Part shown: positions 49,053 to 58,994 of the stretch, in pieces
Position numbering within the stretch: the first letter of the stretch is position 1
How the letters are laid out: each line of letters starts with the position of its first letter
Source of the DNA: Candidatus Woesearchaeota archaeon
GTDB taxonomy: Archaea > Nanobdellota > Nanobdellia > Woesearchaeales > GW2011-AR4
Direction of reading: 5' to 3'
DNA length: 64,000 bases
Assembly (NCBI GenBank): GCA_016187465.1
Contig: JACPJQ010000007.1
Span: 127,818 to 191,817 of the forward strand
The notes under the pieces: generated by a model
Database searches by the model: none
What the model saw: the letters and a program-made list of their open reading frames with translations, nothing else
Told to the model about the DNA's origin: nothing
Program-made: the position numbers and the translations under genes

Positions 49053-50711
49053 ATGCCGACAATAACTTTTTCATTGAAGGACTTGCAGCATTTGGTTGGA
49101 AAAAATCTTTCTATAGAAGAAGTTATAGAGCTTGCGCACTGCGGAAAAGGCGATTTTGACAGCTACGACGAGGAAACTGATGAAGCCAAGATTGACTTTG
49201 GAGACACAAATTTGCCTTATTTATGGTCAGCGGAAGGATTCGCAAGGCTGATAAAGGGAATTTTAGGAGTGCAGAAAGGCATTCCGGAAGTAAAAATCAA
49301 TAAAGGCGATTATGAAGTTAGAGTTGACAAGTCTGTTGCCAAGATAAGGCCTTTTATTGCATGCTTTGCCGCAAAGGGGAGGAAAATAGACGAGCATTTG
49401 CTGAAGCAGATCATCCAATTGCAGGAAAAGTTCTGCGAAACATACGGGAGAAAGAGAAGAAAAGTTTCTGTTGGGCTTTACTCCTACAAAAGGCTCAGCT
49501 TTCCCGTGCATTACAGGGCCGTTGACCCAATGTCTGTGGAATTTGTGCCATTGGAGTTCAAAGCCAAGATGAATCTGAGGGATATCCTGGCAGAGCATCC
49601 TAAAGGAAAAGAATATGCTTTTGTTTTGGAAGGCTTTGACAGATACCCCATTCTTGCTGACGACAAAAATGAAATAATGAGCTTCATTCCCATAATAAAT
49701 TCAAACTTTACAGGCAAGCTTGAGATTGATGACGAGAATATATTTTTCGAGGCGACTGGAACAGACGAGGATGCTGTCAATCTGGCTGCAAACATTTTTG
49801 CATACGCTTTGCATGACAGGGGATTCCAGATTTATTCTGCTGAGGTAAGGCATCATGATAGAAAAATTGTTACGCCGCATTTTTTCAATGAAAGCATTGC
49901 TGTAAAAAATGAGCAGATAAAGAATTTGTTTGGATTGGAGCTTAAAGAGAATGAAGTAAAGCATCTGCTTGAGAAGATGCAATATAGCTTCAGCGATTAT
50001 AAAGTTAAGATTCCGCCGTACAGGCTTGATATACTGCATCCATACGATGTTATCGAAGATATCGGCATCGCTTACGGATATGACAAGATTGAAGACCGGG
50101 CTTTGGCAACTTTTACATCAGGCTATGCGATGGAGTTCAATGAGTTTGTCGGCAAGGTAAGGGCAATTGTTGCCGGGCTGGGCTATCAGGAAGTCATGAG
50201 CCCCATATTGACCAACAAAGACTTTCTTTACAATAAGATGAATATTGATGATGCCGGGACTATTGAAATTGAGGAGTGCATGTCAGAGACTTATTCTGCT
50301 GTTAGGAGCTGGGTGCTGCCAAACCTGATGGAGGTTTTTTCCAAGAACAAGCATGTTGAGTTTCCCCAGAAGATTTTTGAGGAAGGCATTGTGAATGTGA
50401 GAAAAAGCGAGGAAATTGCCGAGTTCAGCAGGATCGCAATTGCAAGCTCGCACGAGAATACAAATTATACTGAGATGAGGCAGATGCTTGATTACATTCT
50501 GAGGTGTTTTGGGCTGCAGTGCGACATTGAAGATGCTGAGCACGGCTCTTTTATAGAAGGAAGGTGTGCAAGGGCTGTTGTAAAAGGAAAGAAAGTAGCT
50601 TATTTGGGGGAAATTTCCCCCGATGTATTAACCCGATGGGGCTTGGAGATGCCAGTTGCTGCACTGGAATTGAATTTGAGTGAGCTGTTTGAAATAATTA
50701 AAAAGAAGTAA
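49053..50711 (+). CDS. pheT: phenylalanyl-tRNA synthetase beta subunit (archaeal type)
   Basis: MPTI, QLQEK..GRKR, YRLDILH..DVIEDI.IAYGY. Confidence 0.95.
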   Translation: MPTITFSLKDLQHLVGKNLSIEEVIELAHCGKGDFDSYDEETDEAKIDFGDTNLPYLWSAEGFARLIKGILGVQKGIPEVKINKGDYEVRVDKSVAKIRPFIACFAAKGRKIDEHLLKQIIQLQEKFCETYGRKRRKVSVGLYSYKRLSFPVHYRAVDPMSVEFVPLEFKAKMNLRDILAEHPKGKEYAFVLEGFDRYPILADDKNEIMSFIPIINSNFTGKLEIDDENIFFEATGTDEDAVNLAANIFAYALHDRGFQIYSAEVRHHDRKIVTPHFFNESIAVKNEQIKNLFGLELKENEVKHLLEKMQYSFSDYKVKIPPYRLDILHPYDVIEDIGIAYGYDKIEDRALATFTSGYAMEFNEFVGKVRAIVAGLGYQEVMSPILTNKDFLYNKMNIDDAGTIEIEECMSETYSAVRSWVLPNLMEVFSKNKHVEFPQKIFEEGIVNVRKSEEIAEFSRIAIASSHENTNYTEMRQMLDYILRCFGLQCDIEDAEHGSFIEGRCARAVVKGKKVAYLGEISPDVLTRWGLEMPVAALELNLSELFEIIKKK

Positions 50712-50713
50712 AC

Positions 50714-51235
50714 TTATGATTTTTTCTTTTCCGTCTTTTTTGCAGAAACTTTTTTAGTCTCTTTTTTCTCTGTTTTTGGTTTCTCTTGTTTTGTTTTTAT
50801 TTCGACTTCTTCTCCCTTCTTCTCTTCTGCCAATCCGGCCTTCTCCTCTAAAGTTGATTCTTTCTTCTCCTCAACTTTTTCTTCCTTTTTCTTAAACTTA
50901 AACAAGTCCCTTAATTTTCTCTTCTCTTCTTTCTGCACCCTAAGCTGCTCCGGAGTTTTTCTCTTTTTTGCTGGCTTCGGGGTTTTTGGCTTCGGTTTTG
51001 TCTGCAATGCGACTATGCCCAGCTCTTTCAGTGCATTGGAAACTTCCTCGTGAGAGGCGTTCTTTTTTATGTCTATTTTCTGGTTTAGGGGCTCTATATG
51101 AAGAATATTGCATTTCCTCCTTCTGGTTTCGCCGTCAAGCAAAACGTATTTATCATCGAGAATGTCTATAATTATTGCCTTGCACCCCGCATCTCTTCCT
51201 GCAATTTTAACTACAACTCGGCCTATCTCAATCAT
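50714..51235 (-). CDS. rpl14e: 50S ribosomal protein L14e with K/E-rich tail
   Basis: IGRVVVKIAGRDAG..RRRKCNILHIEP; GGAGG SD. Confidence 0.92.
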   Translation of the reverse strand: MIEIGRVVVKIAGRDAGCKAIIIDILDDKYVLLDGETRRRKCNILHIEPLNQKIDIKKNASHEEVSNALKELGIVALQTKPKPKTPKPAKKRKTPEQLRVQKEEKRKLRDLFKFKKKEEKVEEKKESTLEEKAGLAEEKKGEEVEIKTKQEKPKTEKKETKKVSAKKTEKKKS

Positions 51236-51435
51236 TTGTTCCTCCAATCACTTTCAATGAAGCGGTGTTGCCATCCACTCAAGTGATTTCTTTGTTTGTT
51301 TTTATTATAATCTCAACACTATTTTTATTTATGTTTTTGTTAATGTGAAATTTATGTTATTTTTTTATGTTTTATTTGCTTTCTCAGCGCATTATTTTAA
51401 TTTGCTATTATTTAAAATCTTAAAATAAATCATGA

Positions 51436-51702
51436 CTATTGCCTAACCTTCTTAATTATCTCCTGCCTCATGCATCTGCTGCATAATACACCACCATACG
51501 GCCTTTCGGGCCTTTTCTTTGTCTTGGCCATGCCCCTCATCCTGAAAGGAAACTCGCGCGGAGTGCCCTTCAACACATCACCGCAGCTGCCGCATACGGC
51601 AGATTCGGGCTTCCTTTTCTTGAAATGAACATTAGTTCTTCCGCCTGGAACTTTCCTGAATATTTTCCTTAGGCTTCTCGACCTTAATCTTGGCGCTGGC
51701 AT
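51436..51702 (-). CDS. rpl34e: 50S ribosomal protein L34e
   Basis: PGGR..CGSCG..RPERPYGGVLCSRC. Confidence 0.95.
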   Translation of the reverse strand: MPAPRLRSRSLRKIFRKVPGGRTNVHFKKRKPESAVCGSCGDVLKGTPREFPFRMRGMAKTKKRPERPYGGVLCSRCMRQEIIKKVRQ

Positions 51703-51877
51703 GATGCTTGGGAACAGATATTTATTTATAAAGGTTATTGAAATTTCCTAAATTCCCGCTTTTTTGGGCATTATTTTTCTTTTTACATATTTGTTCCTCG
51801 GTAAATTTATATAAAATTTCCTAATGCCTAATTTTTAGGGAAATTAGTAAGTTATATATAATAATGTTTAAATATAG

Positions 51878-52393
51878 ATGCATCAAGCAAACATTAAGAA
51901 GATGGCTGGGTTTTTCAAGTCAAAAAAAGGGGTATCGCCGTTAATAGCTACTATTCTCTTGATAGCTTTTGCAGTAGCTCTGGGTTCTGTGGTTATGAAC
52001 TGGGGATTGAGCCTGGAGCTTGGCAAATCCGGCGATAAATGCAGGAATGTGGACATCAGGATAAGGGAGGCGGATGCTTCTGAAGTCTGCTATGGCGGTG
52101 TGGGGCAGAATGGCTATATAAATTTCATAATAGACAATGCGGGCAGCGAAATAAATGGTATGTCAATCTGGATCATTGGAGAAAAGGGGACAAGCCTTTT
52201 TGATGTTGACAATATTTTGATAAAAAAGGGCGCTTTGTACGAAAAAGAGAACAAGGAAGTTACTTATGATTTCTCAACATACGGCAGCATAAAGCAGGTC
52301 CAGTTTATACCCAAAATTAGGATTGATCAATCTTTGGAGATCTGCCCTAAGAATGCCGTTAAGGCAGAAAAAATTGGGATATGCAGTCAATAA
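51878..52393 (+). CDS. archaeal type IV pilin-like protein
   Basis: Class III signal KKG/VSPLIATILLIAFAVALG. Confidence 0.85.
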   Translation: MHQANIKKMAGFFKSKKGVSPLIATILLIAFAVALGSVVMNWGLSLELGKSGDKCRNVDIRIREADASEVCYGGVGQNGYINFIIDNAGSEINGMSIWIIGEKGTSLFDVDNILIKKGALYEKENKEVTYDFSTYGSIKQVQFIPKIRIDQSLEICPKNAVKAEKIGICSQ

Positions 52394-53136
52394 ACTTTCA
52401 AAAGCTTTCTCAACGACATTGTAAATATTATAGAAGACAGTATATAAGTGCCTAGCCATCCTATCCTCCAGCCAAATAAGTTCAGTATTTTTTTCGGCGC
52501 ATAATTTATTTGGATGGATTTTATCGCGCTGCTGCTGATTTTTTTTACAGGCTCCATGTATTTGCCTGCAGTGGATATTAAAACGCTTTTTTGCTGCTTT
52601 TCGCCGTTATAAGCAAATTCGAGTATGTGCTCTCCTTCAATACCTTTCAAAACCCATGTTGCTTTATCCGATTCAATCTTTTGGGTTTTGTCTCCGACTA
52701 TTGTGATTTCTTCAGGTGTGATTAGCTCTACGTCGCCATTGGTATTCTGTTGGAAAAAAACGCTGACGGAGAATTCCTGCTGCGGCTTAATGCCCTCATA
52801 TGCGAAATTGGAGCTCATCCATCCGAATATCAGTATGATGGGTATAAAGGTGATTATGGTGGGCTTTAACGAATGCATCATGTACTGCATATTCAGCTGC
52901 ATGGCTTTTTTCTGCACCTCCATTGCTTTTGCCGGGTCGCCCTTCAGTTCCTTAATCTGCTTTTGATGCTCCTTAAGGTCGTCTTTAAGCTTCTTCATTA
53001 ATGCTTGGTTGGTTGTGTATTTTGTTATGACTATTATTATTGCAGAGATGACAAATGCAAGTATCAAAACAGACCATACCAGCGGCAGCTTTAAAAGCGG
53101 GGCAAAGATTATGTTTAAGAAATCAGTATAAGCCAT
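52387..53136 (-). CDS. EMC3/TMCO1 (DUF106, Oxa1 superfamily) membrane protein
   Basis: TM, coiled coil, KPTIITFIP, GWLGTYI; usual position after secY. Confidence 0.85.
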   Translation of the reverse strand: MAYTDFLNIIFAPLLKLPLVWSVLILAFVISAIIIVITKYTTNQALMKKLKDDLKEHQKQIKELKGDPAKAMEVQKKAMQLNMQYMMHSLKPTIITFIPIILIFGWMSSNFAYEGIKPQQEFSVSVFFQQNTNGDVELITPEEITIVGDKTQKIESDKATWVLKGIEGEHILEFAYNGEKQQKSVLISTAGKYMEPVKKISSSAIKSIQINYAPKKILNLFGWRIGWLGTYILSSIIFTMSLRKLLKVY

Positions 53137-53140
53137 TTAA

Positions 53141-54544
53141 TTACCCGCCCATGAATTTTCTCATCATTGGGTTCATGTCCATCATGTGCTGCCTTGCTAT
53201 GTCTTCATACAGCTTGTAGATTATCATGACTGCAAGCAGTATTCCTGTGCCTCTGCTCAAAGCCCCTGTCAAATCTGCCAATGAAGCCAAAAATCCAACT
53301 GCGATGCCGCCCATTATTGTCAACGGCCATATGTACCTGTTCAGCAGCCTTTCAAGAACCCTTTCATCCTTCCTAAATCCAGGTATCTGCAGCCCGCTTG
53401 AGATCATCTGCTTTGCCTGGGATTTTGCGTCCATGCCTGCAGTCTGCACCCAAAAAATGCTGAATACAACGCTGCCGAGTATGAAAAAGAACATATAGAA
53501 AAAAGCCTGCAAATAAGGAGCAACGCCAATGAATAATGTATGCTGTGTCACTATGCTTTGAATTATATTTGGGCCTTGAAGCCAATACACAAATCCGGAT
53601 ATCGGCTGGCCTGTTGATGTGCTGAAAGTCCCAAGCAGTGGAAATCCAGTGTTCTGCAGAAGCCTTCCCCAGAGCTGGAAATTGGCAATTAAAGCAGCAA
53701 CCAAAATGACAGGAATGTTTGAAGTGTAAATAAAAGACAATGGCCATCTTATGCCCTGCCCCCTGACCATGCCGAAAGACAATGGAATTTCAACCTTCAT
53801 TGACTGGACATAAACCGCTATGACAAAAACAAGGATTGTTGCGATAACTGCCGACACCATTATCAAAGCTGTTGTAACATCGCCGCTGACAAGACTGACA
53901 AAAAATGCCGGAATAGCTCCGGGAGGATAAGACGAGCCCGGAGGCGTAATCCAATTGAAAGCCTGCAGAAAAATGCTCTTGCTGACATTTGCCGCAATAA
54001 ACAGGCTTATTCCGGAGCCGAAGCCCCACTTGCTCACAACTTCATCCAAAAATAATATCAGCAAGCCGCCCAAAAACAATTGGAATATCAGGATTAGCTG
54101 CATTTGGAAATAAAACCCTGTTCCTTTAAACTGCTCAGCAGGCGCTAAGCCTCCAAGCATTACATAGATTGCGCTTTCAAAAATGATGAAGAATAGTGAA
54201 AAGAATTTCTGGGTTCCTTGAAAGCCCTTTTTGCCTTCTGGCGTTGCCAAGTCAAATTTCCAGATTCCTGAGCCGTTTAGAAGCTGCAGGACTATCGAAG
54301 CTGTGACAATCGGGCCTATCCCCAATGATATCAGTGAGCCGAATTCTGCCCCAAGGATTATGGACAATGTCTCAAATCTCTGCAGCGCATTTATCCCCAG
54401 CCCGAACAAAGGCATTAGCCCCAGTATAAAGAAAATAACTAAAACTATTGCCGTCCATTTCAGCTTCTCCCGAAATGAAAGCGTCTTCTGAGTCGGTCCT
54501 TCCACTTCGGGAAGATTTGAAATAATAGTTTGCCAGAGTGACAT
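53141..54544 (-). CDS. secY: preprotein translocase SecY
   Basis: LGIGPIVTASIVLQLL, KWGFGSGISLFI, YTSNIP, IPGFR, GTGILLAV. Confidence 0.97.
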   Translation of the reverse strand: MSLWQTIISNLPEVEGPTQKTLSFREKLKWTAIVLVIFFILGLMPLFGLGINALQRFETLSIILGAEFGSLISLGIGPIVTASIVLQLLNGSGIWKFDLATPEGKKGFQGTQKFFSLFFIIFESAIYVMLGGLAPAEQFKGTGFYFQMQLILIFQLFLGGLLILFLDEVVSKWGFGSGISLFIAANVSKSIFLQAFNWITPPGSSYPPGAIPAFFVSLVSGDVTTALIMVSAVIATILVFVIAVYVQSMKVEIPLSFGMVRGQGIRWPLSFIYTSNIPVILVAALIANFQLWGRLLQNTGFPLLGTFSTSTGQPISGFVYWLQGPNIIQSIVTQHTLFIGVAPYLQAFFYMFFFILGSVVFSIFWVQTAGMDAKSQAKQMISSGLQIPGFRKDERVLERLLNRYIWPLTIMGGIAVGFLASLADLTGALSRGTGILLAVMIIYKLYEDIARQHMMDMNPMMRKFMGG

Positions 54545-54584
54545 TTTACCTAGAGAAATTTAATGATTTTTAAAGTTATTGTAA

Positions 54585-55049
54585 TTATCCTCTTGCACTT
54601 GGTTCCGCTAATCCAATCACTTCTCCGCCAGCTTCCTTTACTTTTTCTATGGCTGATTTTGAGGCGTACCGGGTTTTTATTTTGAGCTTTGCAGAGATTC
54701 TTCCGTCGCCAAGAAGCTTGTTATAGCCGATTTTTTCCAAATCCACAGCATAAACTCCGTTTTCTTTGCTGACTAAGTTTCTTAAGACAAAATTGCCGAT
54801 ATGCTGCTCAACATATCCAATATTGACAGGATTAATCTTGACTTTAGGAGTCTTGCTCACAAAGCCATGCTTTCCGAAATAATGCTCATCCTTCCAGATG
54901 CTCGGCTTTTTTGAGTCCGCTCTTTTTCCGGAGCCTGCCATTCCCGCCCCTCCCTGATGGCCTTTTCCTCTATGCTTCTTCTTTGCGCCCCAGCCGTGTG
55001 TTTTATGGCCCCGCTGCCTTTCATTCTTTTTGCGCTTGTTGACTGTCAT
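54585..55049 (-). CDS. rpl15: 50S ribosomal protein uL15
   Basis: RGHKTHGWG..GGAGMAG..KLLGDG. Confidence 0.93.
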   Translation of the reverse strand: MTVNKRKKNERQRGHKTHGWGAKKKHRGKGHQGGAGMAGSGKRADSKKPSIWKDEHYFGKHGFVSKTPKVKINPVNIGYVEQHIGNFVLRNLVSKENGVYAVDLEKIGYNKLLGDGRISAKLKIKTRYASKSAIEKVKEAGGEVIGLAEPSARG

Positions 55050-55051
55050 TT

Positions 55052-55513
55052 TTATTTCCATCCTTGGGCTTTTTCATATTCTGAAACTAAGTACGATAAA
55101 ACAGGTCTAGTCAGATCCAATGATTGAGCAATTATTTCATCTGAATATTCTACAACACTCTTGGATATTTTTTCCAATATTGATAGATTATTAGATAGGC
55201 TACCTCTGCTTATCCTAACTTCATCAAATTCTTGTATTAAATTATAATGTTCTAATTTTATGAATTGAGCAATTTCATCCGCACTCAAACTATTATTGAT
55301 ATATGATTTAAATAATTGATATTTTTGTTGTGGTGGTTGCTCTTGATCATTGTAAATCAGGGCAATTGAAGTTGATTCCACGTAATCTCTAAAATCTTTA
55401 ATAATGATTCTTGCTAATCTACCGATAGTCATATTTCCTTGAGTATACCCAACAAATTCACCTGCTAACTCAGAGATTGGCCTCCCACTAGGCTTTTTTT
55501 GAATATTGTACAT
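55052..55513 (-). CDS. AT-rich hypothetical protein inserted in the r-protein operon
   Basis: 153 aa; TGATG overlap with rpl30; lower GC than its neighbours. Confidence 0.65.
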   Translation of the reverse strand: MYNIQKKPSGRPISELAGEFVGYTQGNMTIGRLARIIIKDFRDYVESTSIALIYNDQEQPPQQKYQLFKSYINNSLSADEIAQFIKLEHYNLIQEFDEVRISRGSLSNNLSILEKISKSVVEYSDEIIAQSLDLTRPVLSYLVSEYEKAQGWK

Positions 55514-55953
55514 CAGACCATCCTCTTAATCAACTCATTAATCTTATCTCCTCTGTAGCCGAGAGCGCCGCCTTGCTTGAAGGAGTGCTTTATGCCTTTT
55601 CTTCCCAATCCTTTTCTTGGGGCGTTTAATCTGAAATATTTTTTTATTTTTTTGTTGCTTACGAGCATGAAATCATTGTATTTTATTTTTCCGTGTGAAT
55701 CGGTCTCTAAGCCCTTGAATTCCTCCCCTCTTTTTTCAATAAGCATTTTATAAGTTTCATCATCAATTTCTCCCCAGGTTATGTAATCTTTTGCCTTCTT
55801 GAGCATGCCGATGTAAACCGGATTGCCCGGCAAAACTACGCAATAATTGGTTTTGTAAAGCCTTAGCATTTGAAGGGCGCTTTCTACCTTGCCATTTATA
55901 TTAATTAGCCCTCTAAGCCTTACCGCAGCCAGCCTTGAATTGTTTGATTCCAT
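55513..55953 (-). CDS. rpl30: 50S ribosomal protein uL30
   Basis: AVRLRG..YITWGE..FRLNAPRKG..LGYRG. Confidence 0.94.
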   Translation of the reverse strand: MESNNSRLAAVRLRGLININGKVESALQMLRLYKTNYCVVLPGNPVYIGMLKKAKDYITWGEIDDETYKMLIEKRGEEFKGLETDSHGKIKYNDFMLVSNKKIKKYFRLNAPRKGLGRKGIKHSFKQGGALGYRGDKINELIKRMV

Positions 55954-55955
55954 GT

Positions 55956-56831
55956 TTATACCTTTATCAGCGGGGAGCCTTCCACAATGTGCAGTTTTTC
56001 AGCGTCTTTTTGGCTTATTTTAAACTGCATTAACTCCTTTAAAGCGCCAAAGCATGCGTACAGCAAGTTCAGCTTGCTTCTGCTCTGCCCTTCTGTTCTT
56101 GACCACACATCTTTTATGCCTGCCATTTTCAAAACTTTCTGGCATTCTTTCTCAACTATCAGCCCGGTTCCTTTAGGGGCAGGCATCAGTGTTATTTCAA
56201 CAGAGCCTGCTTTTCCATGCACTTTAAAAGGGACTGTATGCAAATCGCCGCAGCCGCAGCGCCAGTTGCCGCATCCTCTCCTTATTTTTATGACATTGAG
56301 CTTTGCCTGCCTTATTGCTTTCTCCCTCGCAGGAACAGTTTCTTTTGATTTTCCGTAACCGACTCCCACATATCCGTCTTCATTCCCGACAACTGCGAAT
56401 GTTGCGAACTTCGGCTTGTTGCCTTCCTGGGTCTTCTTTTGGGTCTGCTTGAATATCCTCTTTTGCCCTCCGCCAAATTTTCCTTTTGCCTGTCCGACCA
56501 TCAGTAAATCAGTTGCAAGATTCGGCAGTAAAGCGTCGACAATCTCAGGTTCAAGTATTTTTATCCTTCTGTCCAGTATGTAGTTTATGTCGCTGATTTC
56601 TCCGTTCTTTATCTTTATGCCGAGTGATGTTTTTGGCTTCCACGCCTCTTTTTCAAAAGCTCCCTTCTTTTTGACTTCCTCGACTATATGCTCCTCAAGC
56701 TCTTTAACCTCGCCCAGCTCAACAGCCAGCCCCTCTTTCGGCTTTTCAAGCAATACCTCTTCAACTGACGCTTCTTCCGCCTTAGGAGTTTCTTCTGTTT
56801 CCTGTTTTTCCTCTGCTTTCTTTTTAGCCAT
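55956..56831 (-). CDS. rps5: 30S ribosomal protein uS5
   Basis: WKPKTSLG, VVGNEDGYVG, RRGCGNW, PAPKGTGL. Confidence 0.95.
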   Translation of the reverse strand: MAKKKAEEKQETEETPKAEEASVEEVLLEKPKEGLAVELGEVKELEEHIVEEVKKKGAFEKEAWKPKTSLGIKIKNGEISDINYILDRRIKILEPEIVDALLPNLATDLLMVGQAKGKFGGGQKRIFKQTQKKTQEGNKPKFATFAVVGNEDGYVGVGYGKSKETVPAREKAIRQAKLNVIKIRRGCGNWRCGCGDLHTVPFKVHGKAGSVEITLMPAPKGTGLIVEKECQKVLKMAGIKDVWSRTEGQSRSKLNLLYACFGALKELMQFKISQKDAEKLHIVEGSPLIKV

Positions 56832-57402
56832 TTATCTTACCCTTGATTTCATTAAAGTGTTTTACTATATTTTCCGGATTCAGCCCTTTCTTTAAGTAAG
56901 CTGAGAACTGCTTTTGGTATCGTTCTGCGTCATTTTTTAGGGTGCTGGCGTATTTTGCAATATGCTCTCCGGATATCCTGTCCTTTGAAGGCAAAACATC
57001 AGGGCTGAACGGAATCTTCAGTCCTGCGTCTATTGCGCCGGCAAGCGCTGCGTATAATCTTGAGCCTTTGGTGGACTGGCTAAATCCTATATCAAGTATA
57101 GCCTCGCCAATGCCTTTTTCAACAGCCTTTTTTCCTGTGAACATCCCAATCAGGTAAGCGGTTGGCACATTTCCATTGTCGCCTTTCCACCCCAGTTTAC
57201 CTAAAGTTTTGGAGCTGACCGTGAATAATGTCCTATCGCCTTCTGGCTTGTACTCTATGATTGATGCCTGAAAGTTTCTCAATGACTTTCTTATCACAAA
57301 CCTGTACTTGCTTGACATCAATATCTTCAGCCTTTTCTTGTAGTTGGTCCTTCCCTGCCTTTTCCTTCTGAAAGGGACTGAAACGATTTTGTTTCTTTTC
57401 AT
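56824..57402 (-). CDS. rpl18: 50S ribosomal protein uL18
   Basis: RRKRQGRTNYKKR, AYLIG, GAIDAGL. Confidence 0.94.
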   Translation of the reverse strand: MKRNKIVSVPFRRKRQGRTNYKKRLKILMSSKYRFVIRKSLRNFQASIIEYKPEGDRTLFTVSSKTLGKLGWKGDNGNVPTAYLIGMFTGKKAVEKGIGEAILDIGFSQSTKGSRLYAALAGAIDAGLKIPFSPDVLPSKDRISGEHIAKYASTLKNDAERYQKQFSAYLKKGLNPENIVKHFNEIKGKING

Positions 57403-57848
57403 TTTTTTATTATTCCTTTCTCATTTGTGTAAAGTTTCAAGTGCCTCAAACTCCTGAAAAAGCCGCCTTTGCTTTTCATATAAAGCTCGTGATAAATATC
57501 GCCTGCAATAATCCCCCTGTCCCTCAGTGATTTTATGTATCCCCTCTGCAGTCTTATTTTATTCATCCATTTTCTTTTTGGATTAATTCCTCTTGCAGAT
57601 GCCTTTCCTTTTCTTGAGCCAAACCCCTTCTGCCTGCCTGCCTTCTTTTGCTTTTTGATTTTTCTGGCCCAAAATCTTGAAGTATTCAGCATCTTGTTTT
57701 TTGATACTGCCTCTAAATTTATCAATGAGCGTATGTCGCTTTTTGTGATGGCTTCCTTTATTTCATCCAATCTGCCCGGATCGAATCTTACCCTGTTCCT
57801 GCCGCATTTTAATATCTGCGCCGCCAGTCTTCTCTGCACATCAAGCAT
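57399..57848 (-). CDS. rpl19e: 50S ribosomal protein eL19
   Basis: QRRLAA.IL.CG..GSRKG..KSKGGFF. Confidence 0.94.
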   Translation of the reverse strand: MLDVQRRLAAQILKCGRNRVRFDPGRLDEIKEAITKSDIRSLINLEAVSKNKMLNTSRFWARKIKKQKKAGRQKGFGSRKGKASARGINPKRKWMNKIRLQRGYIKSLRDRGIIAGDIYHELYMKSKGGFFRSLRHLKLYTNEKGIIKK

Positions 57849-57849
57849 T

Positions 57850-58419
57850 TTACACCCTTTTCGTCAGTAATCTGTCTTTTTCCTTTTTTTCAGCTTCTTT
57901 TTTTGCTTCGCCGCTTGCATCCTGCTTTTCTTCCTTTTTCTCTTTGGCTTCTTCTTTCGGCTTTTCCTTGGAGTCTTTTTTTGCTTCTTTTGAAGTTTTA
58001 GATTTTTTTAAGCTAATCATATGCTCTATCCTCTTGATGTGCTCATCCACATTTAAATTTAAAATAGTTATATTGAGCTCTTTTGCTTTTTTGAGCAGTT
58101 CGAGCCTTTTTTTAGACCCTACGCTTCTTGAGATTACCATTCCTTCTGCGCCGTTTTTTATTTTTGATATGCCCCCAAGCGAGAATACTCTAACAATTTT
58201 TAATCCTGAGGAATGAAGCCCCCTGACTTCTATTGGCGACTTATATCCCGGAGACGGCATTTTTCTTCTTCCCTTGAAATGGTGCCTAATCTTCGAATGT
58301 ATTCCCTTTGGCTTGCGCCATTTGTAATTAAGCTTCATCCTTTTTGGATTGTCCTGCCTAATGAAGTCTGGTTTTTTGTCTTTGATTTTATTTCTTAGTT
58401 CCAAAAGAGTCTGATTCAT
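57850..58419 (-). CDS. rpl32e: 50S ribosomal protein eL32 with charged tail
   Basis: KPDFIRQ..WRKPKG..PGYKSP..RGLH. Confidence 0.93.
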   Translation of the reverse strand: MNQTLLELRNKIKDKKPDFIRQDNPKRMKLNYKWRKPKGIHSKIRHHFKGRRKMPSPGYKSPIEVRGLHSSGLKIVRVFSLGGISKIKNGAEGMVISRSVGSKKRLELLKKAKELNITILNLNVDEHIKRIEHMISLKKSKTSKEAKKDSKEKPKEEAKEKKEEKQDASGEAKKEAEKKEKDRLLTKRV

Positions 58420-58994
58420 TTTAATTCCCTGCCGTCTTTTATGATAATGTAGCAGCCGTCCTGAAAAATCCTTGAGTCATACCCCGGCCTTCTTGTCAAT
58501 TTCTCAATGTCTGCGGTTACCTGGCCGGCAAGCTCCTTGCTTGCGCTTGTAACATAAATTAAATCGCCCTCTACCTTTACATTAGCGCCTTCCTTTAAAT
58601 GCAACACCCGAGGCACTTTTTCCCCGAGAAAATTCTTGACAATAAGCTTGCCGCTGCTTATGCTCACATTCATCGGGAAATGCCCCGAACATATTTTTAT
58701 AGTGTAGTTATGGTTTTGCAGGCAGCCATTGACCATGTTCCTTGCATGCGCTGCCAATGCCCCAATAATCTTTTTGTCTCGCTTTGTCTCGCTTTTTGAC
58801 TCGAATAATATTTTATGATTATCCACGGTTATTGAAATGCTTTGGCGCCTCAGCTCTCTCTTCACTTCCCCCTTTGGGCCTTTGATCAGCAGGCGCGTGC
58901 CGTTTACTGAAGCGCTTACCCCGTCTGGCAAAGCCACTTCTTTTGTGATTTTCCCTTTCCTTTTTGCTTGTATTTTTTTCATTTTTTTCTTCAT
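58416..58994 (-). CDS. rpl6: 50S ribosomal protein uL6
   Basis: KGPKG, HFPM, NFLGEK, RIFQDG. Confidence 0.94.
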   Translation of the reverse strand: MKKKMKKIQAKRKGKITKEVALPDGVSASVNGTRLLIKGPKGEVKRELRRQSISITVDNHKILFESKSETKRDKKIIGALAAHARNMVNGCLQNHNYTIKICSGHFPMNVSISSGKLIVKNFLGEKVPRVLHLKEGANVKVEGDLIYVTSASKELAGQVTADIEKLTRRPGYDSRIFQDGCYIIIKDGRELK

